From positions 32,431-96,430 of the forward strand of contig JAHOYV010000046.1 of NCBI GenBank assembly GCA_019038745.1: a stretch of 64,000 bases of DNA. Direction: 5' to 3'. Shown here piece by piece: positions 38,090-48,417 of this stretch. The position numbers were made by a program, and so were the translations under genes. The stretch is from Gemmatimonadales bacterium (lineage in GTDB: Bacteria; Krumholzibacteriota; Krumholzibacteriia; LZORAL124-64-63). The notes below the pieces were generated by a model. It worked only from the letters and a program-made list of their open reading frames with translations, was not told the origin of the DNA and did no database searches. How positions within the stretch are numbered: position 1 is the first letter of the stretch; each line of letters starts with the position of its first letter.

Positions 38090-38919
38090 AGATCGCGCTC
38101 ATCCAACAACACGCCACCGCCAACAGGCAGGAAAACCTCAACCGAGGTTTGGCAGCCGCCCGAGCCGCCGCTGAACAGGGTGCCCAAATTCTGTGTTTCG
38201 CCGAGTTGGCGTTCGACCTGTTCTACCCCCAAAATCCGGCCACTGCCAAGGACCTGGCCCAGGCCGAGCCGGTACCCGGACCCACAACCGAGGCTTTCTG
38301 CGCCCTGGCCGCCGAATTGGGCGTTGTGGTGGTGCTGAACGTATTCGAACAGGCCGACGATGGCGGCCTACCCTACGATTCCTCCCCCGTGATCGATGCG
38401 GACGGTTCCTTGTTGGGCGTTTGCCGGATGGTCCACATCACTGAATATCCGTTCTTCCACGAGCAGGGTTATTACCGTCCTGGTGACCGAGGAGTACCCG
38501 TTTTCCAAACCCGCCACGGTCGAATCGGCGTAGCGATTTGCTACGACCGCCATTATCCGGAATACATGCGAGCCCTGGCCCTGAACGGCGCGGAGTTGGT
38601 TGTGGTCCCCCAGGCCGGCTCGGTGGGAGAATGGCCCCCGGGACTCTACGAAGCCGAGATGCAGGTGGCTGCCTTCCAAAATGGCTACTTTACTGCCTTG
38701 TGCAACCGGGTGGGATCCGAAGAGCACCTTGATTTCGCCGGTGAATCCTTCGTGTGCGATCCAGCCGGCCGCGTACTCAAGAGGGCCGGAGCGGATGTAG
38801 ATGAAATACTATGCTGCGACATCGACCTCGATCAGGTTGAAAAGTCACATGCGCGGCAACTCTTTCTGCGCGACCGGCGGCCAAAGCTGTATGCCAACTG
38901 GCTTGGCCAGGAGATATGA
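38086..38919 (+). CDS. Carbon-nitrogen hydrolase (N-carbamoylputrescine amidase/beta-ureidopropionase-like)
   Basis: FAEL, VAICYDRHYPE, NRVG, FAGESF, RDRRP. Confidence 0.88.
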   Translation: MKIALIQQHATANRQENLNRGLAAARAAAEQGAQILCFAELAFDLFYPQNPATAKDLAQAEPVPGPTTEAFCALAAELGVVVVLNVFEQADDGGLPYDSSPVIDADGSLLGVCRMVHITEYPFFHEQGYYRPGDRGVPVFQTRHGRIGVAICYDRHYPEYMRALALNGAELVVVPQAGSVGEWPPGLYEAEMQVAAFQNGYFTALCNRVGSEEHLDFAGESFVCDPAGRVLKRAGADVDEILCCDIDLDQVEKSHARQLFLRDRRPKLYANWLGQEI

Positions 38920-39080
38920 CAAGTTTTTTCAGTGCTCAAAATTGGCAAAACGTCCGTATTTTCTGCTAGAATGGTCATAATTCTTTTGGGATCAATGTAA
39001 GATTTCCTTCTCTTGGGAAACAGTACAGGAGGAAGCCAGATTTTTTGTCTAACCAGAATGCCCCGCAAAAGGAGAATACG

Positions 39081-40652
39081 ATGCGCCCCCTGAAGTTTCT
39101 GTTACTGCCCCTCCTTCTGTCCCTGTTCTACTTGCCGGCCTTGGCCGATCCCTGCGAGCTATCCGACAATGGCACCGGGACAATTAACCTTCCGCCCGAT
39201 TGTCCCAATGGCTACATCGGCATCCTGACCATAATCGACGGCTTGCCACCAGGCTCCACTCTCACCGGCGAAGCTGTTCTGACCGACTTTTTCGGCCAGA
39301 GCACCATTCCGGGCGGATCGCTCGGCGGTGAAGGCCACGCTTTCGGCGCCACACTGCACTGGAGCATGGTGGGGACCGGCATGATGGCCGGATACGAACG
39401 CCAAATTGCCATCCCGGTCAACTGCGAGATGCACACCGCCCCGCGCATTCCGGGTGATCCTGTCCAGACCTTCGCCAATGACATGTTCTTCATGCATGGT
39501 CAACTTTTCGGCGATCCTGATTTCTGCGCCCTGGACATCACCGCCGGCACTGCCAACGGTCTACCCTGTCCCGGCTCGACGACCCTGACCGAATTGCCCG
39601 ACGGCGACTTCGCCGTCGACAGCTTCTTCGACATCACCTACCAAATCGACTTCGAGGGCTGCCCCGGGTCCCTCTTCGAGGGTCTTATGGGCAGCACCTT
39701 GGGCACCGAGCGCTACCAGGCGGGCCAGGAATATTTCCCGCCCCTGGACCATAATTGCCAACTGCCGGACAACCGCACCGGCACCATCGATCTGCCCCCG
39801 GAATGCCCGGACGGGTACGTGGGCGAACTTACTATAGTCGATGGACTGCCGCCCGGTACGACTATCACCGGCGAAGCAGTCCTAAAGGATATCTTCGTCA
39901 CCTCCCGCGGAATTGGCGGCAGCCTCGGCGGCGAGTTCCAGACCTTCGACGCCATGGTCTACTGGCAAGCCACCGGCACCGGTGATTTGACCGGATTCCA
40001 GCGCCAAATCCTCATCGGCGTCACCTGCGAAGTCCACACGGGCCCTCGCAATCCGGGCGATCCGGTTCAGACATTCGCCAACGAGATGATCGCAATGCAG
40101 GGTAGTCTATATGGCGACCCCGACTTCTGCGACCTGATCCTCTCCGCCGGTTCAAATTTCGGAATGCCCAGTCCCGGCTCGACGACGTTGACCAAGCTGC
40201 CCAGTGACGATTTCGCCGTCGACAGCTTCTTCGACATCTTTTTCCAGATCGACTTCGAGGGTTGCCCCGGCTCAATCATCGAGGGCCTTTCCGGTAGCAC
40301 TCTCGGTACGAATGTTTTTCAGGCAGGTGAGAGCTATTCTATCACCGCGGTTGGCGATCTGATGGGCGCGCAACTCAGCGTACTCCACCAGAATGCACCG
40401 AATCCCTTCAACCCTATGACTGTGATCCGCTACGAACTGCCGCCGAGCGGTGGACGCGTGGTCCTGGACGTTTTCGACATTCGCGGAAAGCACGTCTGTA
40501 ATCTGGTCGATGCAATTCAGATCGGTGGCCAGAAATCGGTGACCTGGTACGGCGAGGATGCCAAGGGCCGGCGCACGGCCTCAGGAGTGTATCTTTACAC
40601 ACTGAAAACAGGCGGCGAAACGCTGATCCGCAAGATGGCCATTTTGAAATAA
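39081..40652 (+). CDS. Secreted protein with two tandem ~201-aa domains and C-terminal FlgD-Ig/T9SS-like sorting domain
   Basis: AGGAG RBS, signal peptide; two colinear repeats; tail QNAPNPFNPMTVIRYEL..ASGVYLY. Confidence 0.85.
   Translation: MRPLKFLLLPLLLSLFYLPALADPCELSDNGTGTINLPPDCPNGYIGILTIIDGLPPGSTLTGEAVLTDFFGQSTIPGGSLGGEGHAFGATLHWSMVGTGMMAGYERQIAIPVNCEMHTAPRIPGDPVQTFANDMFFMHGQLFGDPDFCALDITAGTANGLPCPGSTTLTELPDGDFAVDSFFDITYQIDFEGCPGSLFEGLMGSTLGTERYQAGQEYFPPLDHNCQLPDNRTGTIDLPPECPDGYVGELTIVDGLPPGTTITGEAVLKDIFVTSRGIGGSLGGEFQTFDAMVYWQATGTGDLTGFQRQILIGVTCEVHTGPRNPGDPVQTFANEMIAMQGSLYGDPDFCDLILSAGSNFGMPSPGSTTLTKLPSDDFAVDSFFDIFFQIDFEGCPGSIIEGLSGSTLGTNVFQAGESYSITAVGDLMGAQLSVLHQNAPNPFNPMTVIRYELPPSGGRVVLDVFDIRGKHVCNLVDAIQIGGQKSVTWYGEDAKGRRTASGVYLYTLKTGGETLIRKMAILK
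39153..40335 (+). repeat. Intragenic tandem duplication, 603-nt period
   Basis: CELSDNGTGTINLPPDCPNGY (39153) versus CQLPDNRTGTIDLPPECPDGY (39756); both units contain DFAVDSFFDI..QIDFEGCPGS. Confidence 0.9.
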
Positions 40653-40749
40653 AGTTGCCCCGCAAGCGGCCTTGCTGCCGAGGGGTGGAGAGGAACTGGT
40701 CGGGCCCAAACAGGTCCGGCCGACCTATTTCTCAAATCATGGGGGCCAA

Positions 40750-41928
40750 GTGCTGAAATCAACCAGCTTGTTCCTTCGTTCGTTGGGTATTACCCGGCCA
40801 ACCGTTATTGTGGACGAGCAACGTGCCCGAAACAACATCGCCAGGATGGCCGCCAAGGCCCGCAACGCGAAAGTCGATTTCCGGCCCCACTTCAAGACCC
40901 ATCAAAGCGCGGAAATCGGACGATGGTTCGCAGACGAGAGTGTCACCAGGATTACCGTTTCCTCCCTGGCGATGGCCGAGTACTTCGCTTCGGCCGGATG
41001 GGACGATATCACCCTGGCCTTCCTGCTCAATCCCCTGGAGATGCCCCGGCTGCTGGAGTTGGCCCATGAATTACAGGACCGCGGCGGATCTCTCGGCGTG
41101 ACCATTGACTCCGTTGAAGCAGCCAGCGTTTTGGCAAAAAGCGGAGAATCACCTTTAAAGGTGTGGATCAAGATAGACACCGGTTACGGCCGAACCGGCG
41201 TTGCCTGGAACCAGACCAGCCAACTCGTCACCATCTCCAGGAAATTGGGCCCGCAACAATCACCAACGGGGCTTTTGACCCATTCCGGAACCACTTACGG
41301 AGCCGAAAGCGTGGTGCAGATTGCCGCCATCCATGAAAAATCGGTGCAACGAATGAATGCGGCCCGGGATGCCATGACCAGCAACAATGCTGTCGGCAAT
41401 CTGCTCCTGTCTATCGGTGACACCCCTTCCTGCAACGTCGTGGACCGCTTCGAAAATGTTGACGAAATCAGGCCCGGCAATTTTGTTTTCCATGACTTGA
41501 TGCAATTGCAGATCGGCTCATGTTCACCGGGTGATCTGGCAGTTGCCGTAGCCTGTCCCGTAGTGGGGATTTATCCCGGCGTGGGTTCCGGAGTCCATCC
41601 GGACCGAACCAAAATCGTAATCCACGGGGGAGCAGTACACTTCTCCAAGGAGAGCCTGAAAGCTCCCGACGGCAACCGATTCTTCGGCCGGTTGGGGACC
41701 ATTTCCCCAAGCAACCCACCGACCATGAAACGAATTCTGGACCAGACTCCCGTTGTTGCCCTTTCGCAGGAGCACGGTGAAATCGAGATCGAAAGTGGAG
41801 AATTCAGCCGGCTTGCAGGTAATCTGGAGATTGGCGATCTTGTTCTTATCTGGCCGATTCATTCCTGTTTGACTTGCGATTTGAACTCTGAATTCACTAC
41901 CCTTTCCGGTAAACTGAGCCGGCGATAG
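40750..41928 (+). CDS. Fold-type III PLP enzyme (DSD1/D-threonine aldolase/alanine racemase family)
   Basis: FRPHFKTH (PLP Lys), KIDTGYGRTG, EIRPGNFVF, PIHSC. Confidence 0.87.
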   Translation: MLKSTSLFLRSLGITRPTVIVDEQRARNNIARMAAKARNAKVDFRPHFKTHQSAEIGRWFADESVTRITVSSLAMAEYFASAGWDDITLAFLLNPLEMPRLLELAHELQDRGGSLGVTIDSVEAASVLAKSGESPLKVWIKIDTGYGRTGVAWNQTSQLVTISRKLGPQQSPTGLLTHSGTTYGAESVVQIAAIHEKSVQRMNAARDAMTSNNAVGNLLLSIGDTPSCNVVDRFENVDEIRPGNFVFHDLMQLQIGSCSPGDLAVAVACPVVGIYPGVGSGVHPDRTKIVIHGGAVHFSKESLKAPDGNRFFGRLGTISPSNPPTMKRILDQTPVVALSQEHGEIEIESGEFSRLAGNLEIGDLVLIWPIHSCLTCDLNSEFTTLSGKLSRR

Positions 41929-42312
41929 GGACCCCATTTCTGGGGAAAGGATAACGATTGTTGGCCTCGATTTGGATAAAGAGAACGAACCCATTGTTGA
42001 ACAGAAGAGTTACTCAAGCTGACCTGCAAAGTTTCGAATACTTGTACTTTCAATAATATTCTTGAAAGCTCGGAGTTTTTCGGTCAAATTATTGATACTA
42101 ATTCGATGGGGTTGGGCATTGGCCGCCAGGCCATCCAAATTTCCACCGATTAGCTTCCGGCCATTCGGCTGGAGAATCAAATCTTCCGATTGTCGGGGGA
42201 TTGGGCTCGGAGTTCTGCCGAGCTGTTTCTGAGCACGAGGGGGTTCCCGGATTTGGCCGGTACTTTGAGTGCTTGTGTTTGCCGGAAAACCGGCACCAGG
42301 AGATGAGGGACA

Positions 42313-42621
42313 TTGAAGAAGCTTTACGTGGGTAACCTGCCCTTCAGCGCGACCGAAGACGAAATCAGTGAACTGTTCGGCCAGCACGGAACCGTCCACT
42401 CGGTAGCCCTGATCAACGATCGTGAGACCGGACGTCCCCGCGGATTTGGATTCGTGGAGATGGATGACGAAGCTGTTGCCGGTGCCATCCAGGCCCTCGA
42501 CGGGAATGAGATGGGTGGCCGTCAACTGCGCGTCAACGAAGCTCACGACCGTCCGCAGCGTGGTGGCGGCGGCGGCGGCGGCGGTGGTGGTGGCGGCGGC
42601 GGCGGCGGCGGTCGCTGGTAG
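42313..42621 (+). CDS. RRM RNA-binding protein with Gly-rich tail
   Basis: RNP2 LYVGNL, RNP1 RGFGFVEM; TTG start after GAGGGA; poly-Gly (GGC/GGT) tail. Confidence 0.95.
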   Translation: MKKLYVGNLPFSATEDEISELFGQHGTVHSVALINDRETGRPRGFGFVEMDDEAVAGAIQALDGNEMGGRQLRVNEAHDRPQRGGGGGGGGGGGGGGGGGRW

Positions 42622-42645
42622 TTCGCTAAACCCACAAATGGGGGT

Positions 42646-42684
42646 GATGGCCCTGTTTCCAAGCGGAAGCAGGGTCGTCTTTTT
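42646..42684 (+). terminator. Intrinsic terminator after RRM gene
   Basis: GATGGCCCTGTTTCC-AAGC-GGAAGCAGGGTCGTC followed by TTTTT. Confidence 0.7.
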
Positions 42685-42740
42685 GGTCTCTGGACCGTTC
42701 GTCCTTGTAATTTATTCCCCACTCCGTTTCATTTCCCGAC

Positions 42741-44540
42741 ATGGCACTTCTAGAACTTAAAGACCTGACCCTGGCCTTGGGCGGACCGCCCCTGTTGAAA
42801 GACGCGACCTTGCGTGTGGAAAAGGGCGAACGAATCTGCTTGCTGGGACGCAACGGAGAGGGGAAGACTACCCTGCTCCGCCTGCTGTCAGGTGAGTTGG
42901 AACCCGATTCCGGGGCCATCCATCGGCAAGCCGGCTTGCGCATCGGCGTCCTGCCCCAGGAAGTGCCCCCGCATCTTGCCGGAACAATTCGCGAAATAGT
43001 AAGTGAAGGACTGGCCGGAGAAGAATCCTGGGAAGCAGATCATGCCGTAGACAACACCCTGAGCCGGGCCGGATTGGACCCCGAAGCCGATTTTGCCACC
43101 CTCTCGATGGGCAACAAGCGACGCACGCTCCTGGCCCGGGCCCTGGTCGCCGAACCGGATCTCCTTCTCCTGGACGAGCCGACCAACCACCTGGACATCG
43201 ATGCCATCAAGTGGTTGGAGGGACAACTGCTGCGGTTTGCCGGCACACTGTTCTTCGTCACCCATGATCGAGCATTTTTGCGCACCCTGGCCCGCCGCAT
43301 CCTGGAACTTGATCGGGGCCGGCTGAGGGACTGGACCTGCGACTACGACACCTTCCTGCACCGTCGCGACCAGTTTTTGGAAGATGAACGCGCCCAGCAA
43401 AGGGAATTCGACAAGAAGCTGGCCCGGGAAGAAATTTGGATCCGAAAGGGCGTCCGCGAGCGCCGCACGCGCAACGAGGGCCGGGTTCGCGCCCTGAAGC
43501 AAATGCGCCAGGATCGCCAGGATCGACGATCCATGACGGGCGAGGCACGAATCCGTTTCCAGGATGCCGAGCGCAGCGGCCGTCTGGTAATCAGAGCCAA
43601 GGGAGCGGGCTTCTCCTGGGGCGACTTGCCCATTGTGCGGGATTTCCACACCATGATTCTACGCGGGGACAAAGTGGGAATCCTCGGGCCCAACGGGGCA
43701 GGCAAGACCACCCTCCTGCGCCTGCTTCTGGACGATTTGGAATGCAGCAGCGGGACGATTACACGGGGCACCAACCTGAATATTGCCTACTTCGACCAAC
43801 AACGCGCCCAGCTGGATGAATCGTCAACCGTGCAGGAGAACATCAGCGATTCCGGGGATCAAGTCCTCTTCAATGGACGATCCCTCCACGTGATCACCTA
43901 TCTGCAGAACTTTCTCTTCGCGCCTGACCAGGCCCGATCCCCCATATCCCACCTTTCAGGCGGGGAGCGAAATCGTCTTTTATTGGCCAAGCTTTTCACC
44001 CAGCCGGCCAATCTGTTCGTCCTGGATGAACCAACCAACGACCTGGACCTGGAAACGCTTGAGTTGCTTGAGGAACTACTGGTCGAATTCGACGGCACTC
44101 TTTTGCTGGTCAGCCATGACCGCGAATTCCTGGACAACGTGGCGACCAGTACTTTGGTCCTCGAGGGTGAAGGCCGAATCGCCGAAACAGTGGGCGGGTA
44201 CTCGGACTGGGCCCGGGTTTCGTCGGCAGGACCCTCCGGTGAAAGGGCCGGTCTAAAAAAGGACAGGAAGAAATCAATCCAGCCCGACCCGGCGGCAAGT
44301 ACAGAGCCGAACAAGCCCCAGCGCCTGACCTACAAGGAACGGCAGGAACTGTTGACCCTGCCCCAACTAATCGAAACGAGTGAAACCGAACAGGCCATGA
44401 TCCAAACCCAGTTGAGCGACCCAAAACTGTACCAGGAGGCCTCCGAAAAGGTGGGCGGCCTGAATGCCCGGCTCCAGGCGCTGGAGACTGAGCTGGCAAA
44501 TCTGTACTCACGCTGGGAAGATCTGGAGAGTCGTGGCTGA
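42741..44540 (+). CDS. uup: ABC-F ATPase Uup
   Basis: Two ABC domains (GRNGEGKT, GPNGAGKT, LDEPTN), RRTRNEGRVRAL linker, C-terminal coiled coil ..RWEDLE. Confidence 0.92.
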   Translation: MALLELKDLTLALGGPPLLKDATLRVEKGERICLLGRNGEGKTTLLRLLSGELEPDSGAIHRQAGLRIGVLPQEVPPHLAGTIREIVSEGLAGEESWEADHAVDNTLSRAGLDPEADFATLSMGNKRRTLLARALVAEPDLLLLDEPTNHLDIDAIKWLEGQLLRFAGTLFFVTHDRAFLRTLARRILELDRGRLRDWTCDYDTFLHRRDQFLEDERAQQREFDKKLAREEIWIRKGVRERRTRNEGRVRALKQMRQDRQDRRSMTGEARIRFQDAERSGRLVIRAKGAGFSWGDLPIVRDFHTMILRGDKVGILGPNGAGKTTLLRLLLDDLECSSGTITRGTNLNIAYFDQQRAQLDESSTVQENISDSGDQVLFNGRSLHVITYLQNFLFAPDQARSPISHLSGGERNRLLLAKLFTQPANLFVLDEPTNDLDLETLELLEELLVEFDGTLLLVSHDREFLDNVATSTLVLEGEGRIAETVGGYSDWARVSSAGPSGERAGLKKDRKKSIQPDPAASTEPNKPQRLTYKERQELLTLPQLIETSETEQAMIQTQLSDPKLYQEASEKVGGLNARLQALETELANLYSRWEDLESRG

Positions 44541-44587
44541 GAGGTGGGGAAGTTCGACCAAAGGTTGATCAAGTCTGAGGAGAACAC

Positions 44588-45130
44588 ATGGATCCAAAAA
44601 ATATTCAATGGTTGGAGACACCCGATCCAGGCTGCACCCCGGCCGAGTTGCCGTTCCTGGCTCTGGAAGACACTTTCGTTTCGGGCGACCGCTCGGACCA
44701 CCGCCTGAGCATTCGCTACTACCGGAGAAATGAAGACGGCGCCCTGATCGGGAAGGTCTTCTTCGGACCCGGCACCCAGGGCCCCCCGGATCACGCCCAC
44801 GGCGGAAGCATGGCAGCCTTACTGGACGAAGCCATGGGCGGTGCTGCCTGGCTAGCCGGCCACCCCGTTGTGGCCGCCCAGTTGAACATCAAATTCAGCA
44901 CTATGCTTCCCCTGGAGACTCCTTGCCTGGTAGAGGCCGAAGTAGTTGGCGTTGAGGGCCGCAAAATCCGCACCCGCGGCGTGCTACGCGATATGTCCGG
45001 CCAAAATACATTTTGCGAAGGCGAAGCGTTGTTCATCACCCTGGACAAGGGCAAAATCGGACAACTTTCAGCCAAAGCCCAGATCATCGTGGACAGGATG
45101 AGACAAAAAAACTCCGACCCCAAACCCTGA
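44588..45130 (+). CDS. PaaI/hotdog-fold thioesterase
   Basis: QGPPDHAHGGSMAALLDEAMG motif. Confidence 0.9.
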   Translation: MDPKNIQWLETPDPGCTPAELPFLALEDTFVSGDRSDHRLSIRYYRRNEDGALIGKVFFGPGTQGPPDHAHGGSMAALLDEAMGGAAWLAGHPVVAAQLNIKFSTMLPLETPCLVEAEVVGVEGRKIRTRGVLRDMSGQNTFCEGEALFITLDKGKIGQLSAKAQIIVDRMRQKNSDPKP

Positions 45131-45144
45131 GTCGATCTCTATTT

Positions 45145-45732
45145 TCATTTTTTCAATTCACCCTCGTCCCTAGCCCCAATCACATTCAGACTGGCCCGGG
45201 TACTCCAGTACCAGACGGCCTCTGCAAATTGAACCGCGGAATATTCACAGAATGTCCCACCCGTTTTTTCCAGCATGTTGCGCGCCATGCTCAAGGGATC
45301 CATGGGTTCTTCGGCTTCGGGACCGGCGATCAGGCAGACAACCTCCCAATCGAAATCACCGCTGCGCGTTCCCCCGTTCTGCAACAGGGTCGCAGACGAA
45401 TACAAAACTACCGAGGCGTGCAAGGCCTCTTCACGTGGGCCCTCAGCCAAAACCCTGATGTACCCTTCCTCGTGAGACTGGCGGCGCTCGAATGAGGCGG
45501 ACAACCGGGTCGATTCGTTCACCCGCACGGTATTGGACATAAATCCGGTCGGATCCACCGATACGATCACCACTTGGTTGAGATCACTTCGGCCCGCCCC
45601 GGGGCCTCGCTGCGGCCAACCCGCACGCACCCGTTCCAGCAGTTCGATTTCACTTCCCTCGAACCACGTATGCTTCCCACCGGGAATATGCCTCCCCAAG
45701 GCAAACTCACTCCAACCAATGGTTGGATCCAT
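45145..45732 (-). CDS. DUF3228-family protein
   Basis: VVLYS, EPMDPLSMARNML..GG, EAVWYWS motifs; start set at MDPTIG. Confidence 0.7.
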   Translation of the reverse strand: MDPTIGWSEFALGRHIPGGKHTWFEGSEIELLERVRAGWPQRGPGAGRSDLNQVVIVSVDPTGFMSNTVRVNESTRLSASFERRQSHEEGYIRVLAEGPREEALHASVVLYSSATLLQNGGTRSGDFDWEVVCLIAGPEAEEPMDPLSMARNMLEKTGGTFCEYSAVQFAEAVWYWSTRASLNVIGARDEGELKK

Positions 45733-45841
45733 AGGTGGGATGCCGCCGCTCTCTTCTGCATCATTTTTCAAGACGTTTCCTTTCGCGTGTACTATTTTTC
45801 GGGGACATCGCCCACTGCCCAACAGGAACCAAGGAGCCATT

Positions 45842-46318
45842 ATGGATTACGAAGCCAACGACAAGCAACTGATTCGCGATTGTGATATCGGCGAAGGTAC
45901 CAAAATTTGGAACTTCGTGAACATGTACTGCTGCAAACTGGGCAAGGATTGCATGGTGGGCCACTTCGTGGAGATCCAGGAAGGCGTTACCATCGGCGAT
46001 CGCACCCGGGTCCAGAGCCATACTTTCATTTGCGACATGGTCAACATCGGCAGCGACGTTTTCGTAGGCCATGGAGTGATGTTCATCAACGACACCATGC
46101 CGCCCCAGCCCGAGAAGGAAAAATGGAAACCCACCTTCATTGAGGACCGGGCCAGCATCGGATCGAACGCCACGATACTTCCCGTTACCGTGGGCCACGA
46201 CGCCGTCGTCGGCGCCGGCGCGGTTGTGACCAGGGACGTGCCTCCGGGAGCCATCGTCGCCGGGTCTCCGGCCAAGCTCCTGCGGTTCAAAAAAGGTTTT
46301 GGGCCGGACGCAAAATAA
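45842..46318 (+). CDS. Hexapeptide-repeat sugar N-acetyltransferase (WbpD/QdtC-like)
   Basis: IGEGTKIWNF, GVMFIND, ASIGSNATILP, VGAGAVVTRDV; AGGAG RBS. Confidence 0.88.
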   Translation: MDYEANDKQLIRDCDIGEGTKIWNFVNMYCCKLGKDCMVGHFVEIQEGVTIGDRTRVQSHTFICDMVNIGSDVFVGHGVMFINDTMPPQPEKEKWKPTFIEDRASIGSNATILPVTVGHDAVVGAGAVVTRDVPPGAIVAGSPAKLLRFKKGFGPDAK

Positions 46319-48417
46319 TGATCCTGTCCAACTACCTCCCCCGTATCGGCCTTTTGACTGGGTTCATCCTGGCCGGTACAATTCAAGCCGCTTTTCTTCA
46401 GCCCGTGCCCATGGTGCGGGCTGAGGTGTTGACTGGGCAATCGCTTGAAAAGCCCGTGCTTGCCGACTCCACCGTAGTCGAGTTGCCCGAATTGACGGTC
46501 AGCGGGGAGGCCGCCGCTCCTCCGGTCCCCGGGCGCTCGGTGATTAATACGGCCAGCGTAACCGTCCGAGATCCCGGCTCTCTTGCCGATCTCGGTAACC
46601 TGTTGCCTTCATCCCGCGTGGCTGTCAACTCGCGGGGGGAGAGCACGCTCATGATCCGGGGCGCTCCAGAGCGTCACGTCCAGACTTTCCTGGACGGGAT
46701 CCCCCTAAACTTGCCTTGGGATGAACGTACGGATCTGGGGACAATCCCCATCATCGGCGGGGCCGGACTGGAAGGCCGCCGTGGACTGCCCACACTGTTG
46801 GCTGGACCCGGTGTGTTGGCCGGTAGCGTGCGCATCCTGCCCCCCCGTCTGGCCGGAGCCCAACAGCAGACACGACTGAACACAACCTTGGGTGACGGCG
46901 GAATGAAGCGAGTCGGGCTGATGCACCAACGTACGGCAGGGCAGTGGACCCTCCTGGGCGCTGGTTCATGGCAGGATCGGGAGGCCTGGATCCTGCCGAC
47001 CGATGGATCGGATGGCTCTGTGCCGAAACCGGCCAGGACCGAGCGTTTCAACAGCGACCTGAGCCAGACATCCCTGCTGCTGCGGGCAAGCCGCCCGGTA
47101 GCGGAAACAGGCCGGGTGAATTTCCTGGCCACGGCCTGGAGTGCCGAAAAAGGTGTCCCGCCGGAATTGCACCTCGGAAATGATGCCCGATTCTGGCGCT
47201 ATCCGGTCCGACGGCGAGCCCTGTTGGGCGCCTCACTGACCCTTCCCCTGGGGCAGGATCATAATTGGGATTTATCCGGCATGGCGGCCCTGGATTTTTT
47301 CGAACAGGAGATTGATCCCCGCGGACCCGATGACTGGAATGCCCCCCTGGCGGTGGGCGACGAATATGAGAAGGACCTGGATCGGTCCGGTCATCTCCAG
47401 GGAGGATTGACCCGCTGGCTGGGCGAAACCGCACGCCTTTCTCTGCAGGGAAACGCCCGATACAGCCACCACCGGGAAAGCCTGATCGTGGGCGGACCCC
47501 GGGAATCCTACGCTCAATGGTTGACCGGCTTGGTCATCGAAGGGGAATTTCGCCCCCGATCGAGCTGGAGACTTCGCACCGGAGCAGGCTGGGACCACAG
47601 CGGAACGCCCGAATCGGGAAACAAATCCAAAGCCGCCACTTTTCACGAACCGGCCCTGAGCCTACGCCTCAGCCGGGAAATTTCCAGCCGGAGCGAAATC
47701 TACACCTCTTTCAGTCGCCGCAGTCGTTTTCCTTCCATGCGCGAACTCTACTCAGGAGCCCTCGATAAATTCGTTCCCAACCCGAACCTGATTCCCGAAC
47801 GACAGGATTTGTTGGAAACGGGTTTGACCGCTCGCGGCACCGGCTGGAACCTCGCTGCGGCGTGCTTCCTACAGAATCTGACCGATGGCATCGAAAAAAC
47901 GAAATTGCCCGAGGAGGATCCACTCCACCCGCTCAACCAGTTCATGCGCGTAAACCGGACCAGCATCAGGGTGCCGGGCGTGGAATTCAGTGGCCGCCTA
48001 CACTCGAACAACAACCTCGAAATCGCCCTTCAGCACACGATTCTCTCGGCCCGTGTGCAGGAAAACGGCTCCTACTCGCGACCGGCCGAGGATCGTCCCG
48101 ATTACCTCTCCCTGGCAGAAGCCGGCTGGAATCCCTTCGCCGGTCCCGGAGCTCATCTGGAGGCTGTAGTAACCGGACCACGCTGGAGTTCCGACGCAAC
48201 CGACCCGATCGACGGTCTACGACGCCTGCCGGCCGGTTTGATCTGGAACCTTCGCCTAAGCTACCCCTGGAATCTATCTCACTTCCTTGTGGGCCAGGAA
48301 ACGAAAATTGAACTCCATGTACGATTGAACAACATCTTCGATCAGCAGGTAAACTATCAAACAGGCCTACCCGGGCCGGGCCGGATGGTTTCCTTTGGTG
48401 CGAGCGCTGGTTTCTGA
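46318..48417 (+). CDS. TonB-dependent receptor
   Basis: TonB-box-like ELTVSG, plug IRG..FLDGIP, NPNLIPE, NNIFD, terminal aromatic F. Confidence 0.88.
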   Translation: MILSNYLPRIGLLTGFILAGTIQAAFLQPVPMVRAEVLTGQSLEKPVLADSTVVELPELTVSGEAAAPPVPGRSVINTASVTVRDPGSLADLGNLLPSSRVAVNSRGESTLMIRGAPERHVQTFLDGIPLNLPWDERTDLGTIPIIGGAGLEGRRGLPTLLAGPGVLAGSVRILPPRLAGAQQQTRLNTTLGDGGMKRVGLMHQRTAGQWTLLGAGSWQDREAWILPTDGSDGSVPKPARTERFNSDLSQTSLLLRASRPVAETGRVNFLATAWSAEKGVPPELHLGNDARFWRYPVRRRALLGASLTLPLGQDHNWDLSGMAALDFFEQEIDPRGPDDWNAPLAVGDEYEKDLDRSGHLQGGLTRWLGETARLSLQGNARYSHHRESLIVGGPRESYAQWLTGLVIEGEFRPRSSWRLRTGAGWDHSGTPESGNKSKAATFHEPALSLRLSREISSRSEIYTSFSRRSRFPSMRELYSGALDKFVPNPNLIPERQDLLETGLTARGTGWNLAAACFLQNLTDGIEKTKLPEEDPLHPLNQFMRVNRTSIRVPGVEFSGRLHSNNNLEIALQHTILSARVQENGSYSRPAEDRPDYLSLAEAGWNPFAGPGAHLEAVVTGPRWSSDATDPIDGLRRLPAGLIWNLRLSYPWNLSHFLVGQETKIELHVRLNNIFDQQVNYQTGLPGPGRMVSFGASAGF

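Noticed and set aside
42010-42546. 178-aa minus-strand ORF (MSFVDAQLTATHL...)
   Set aside because: Antisense to the well-supported RRM gene; no independent evidence.
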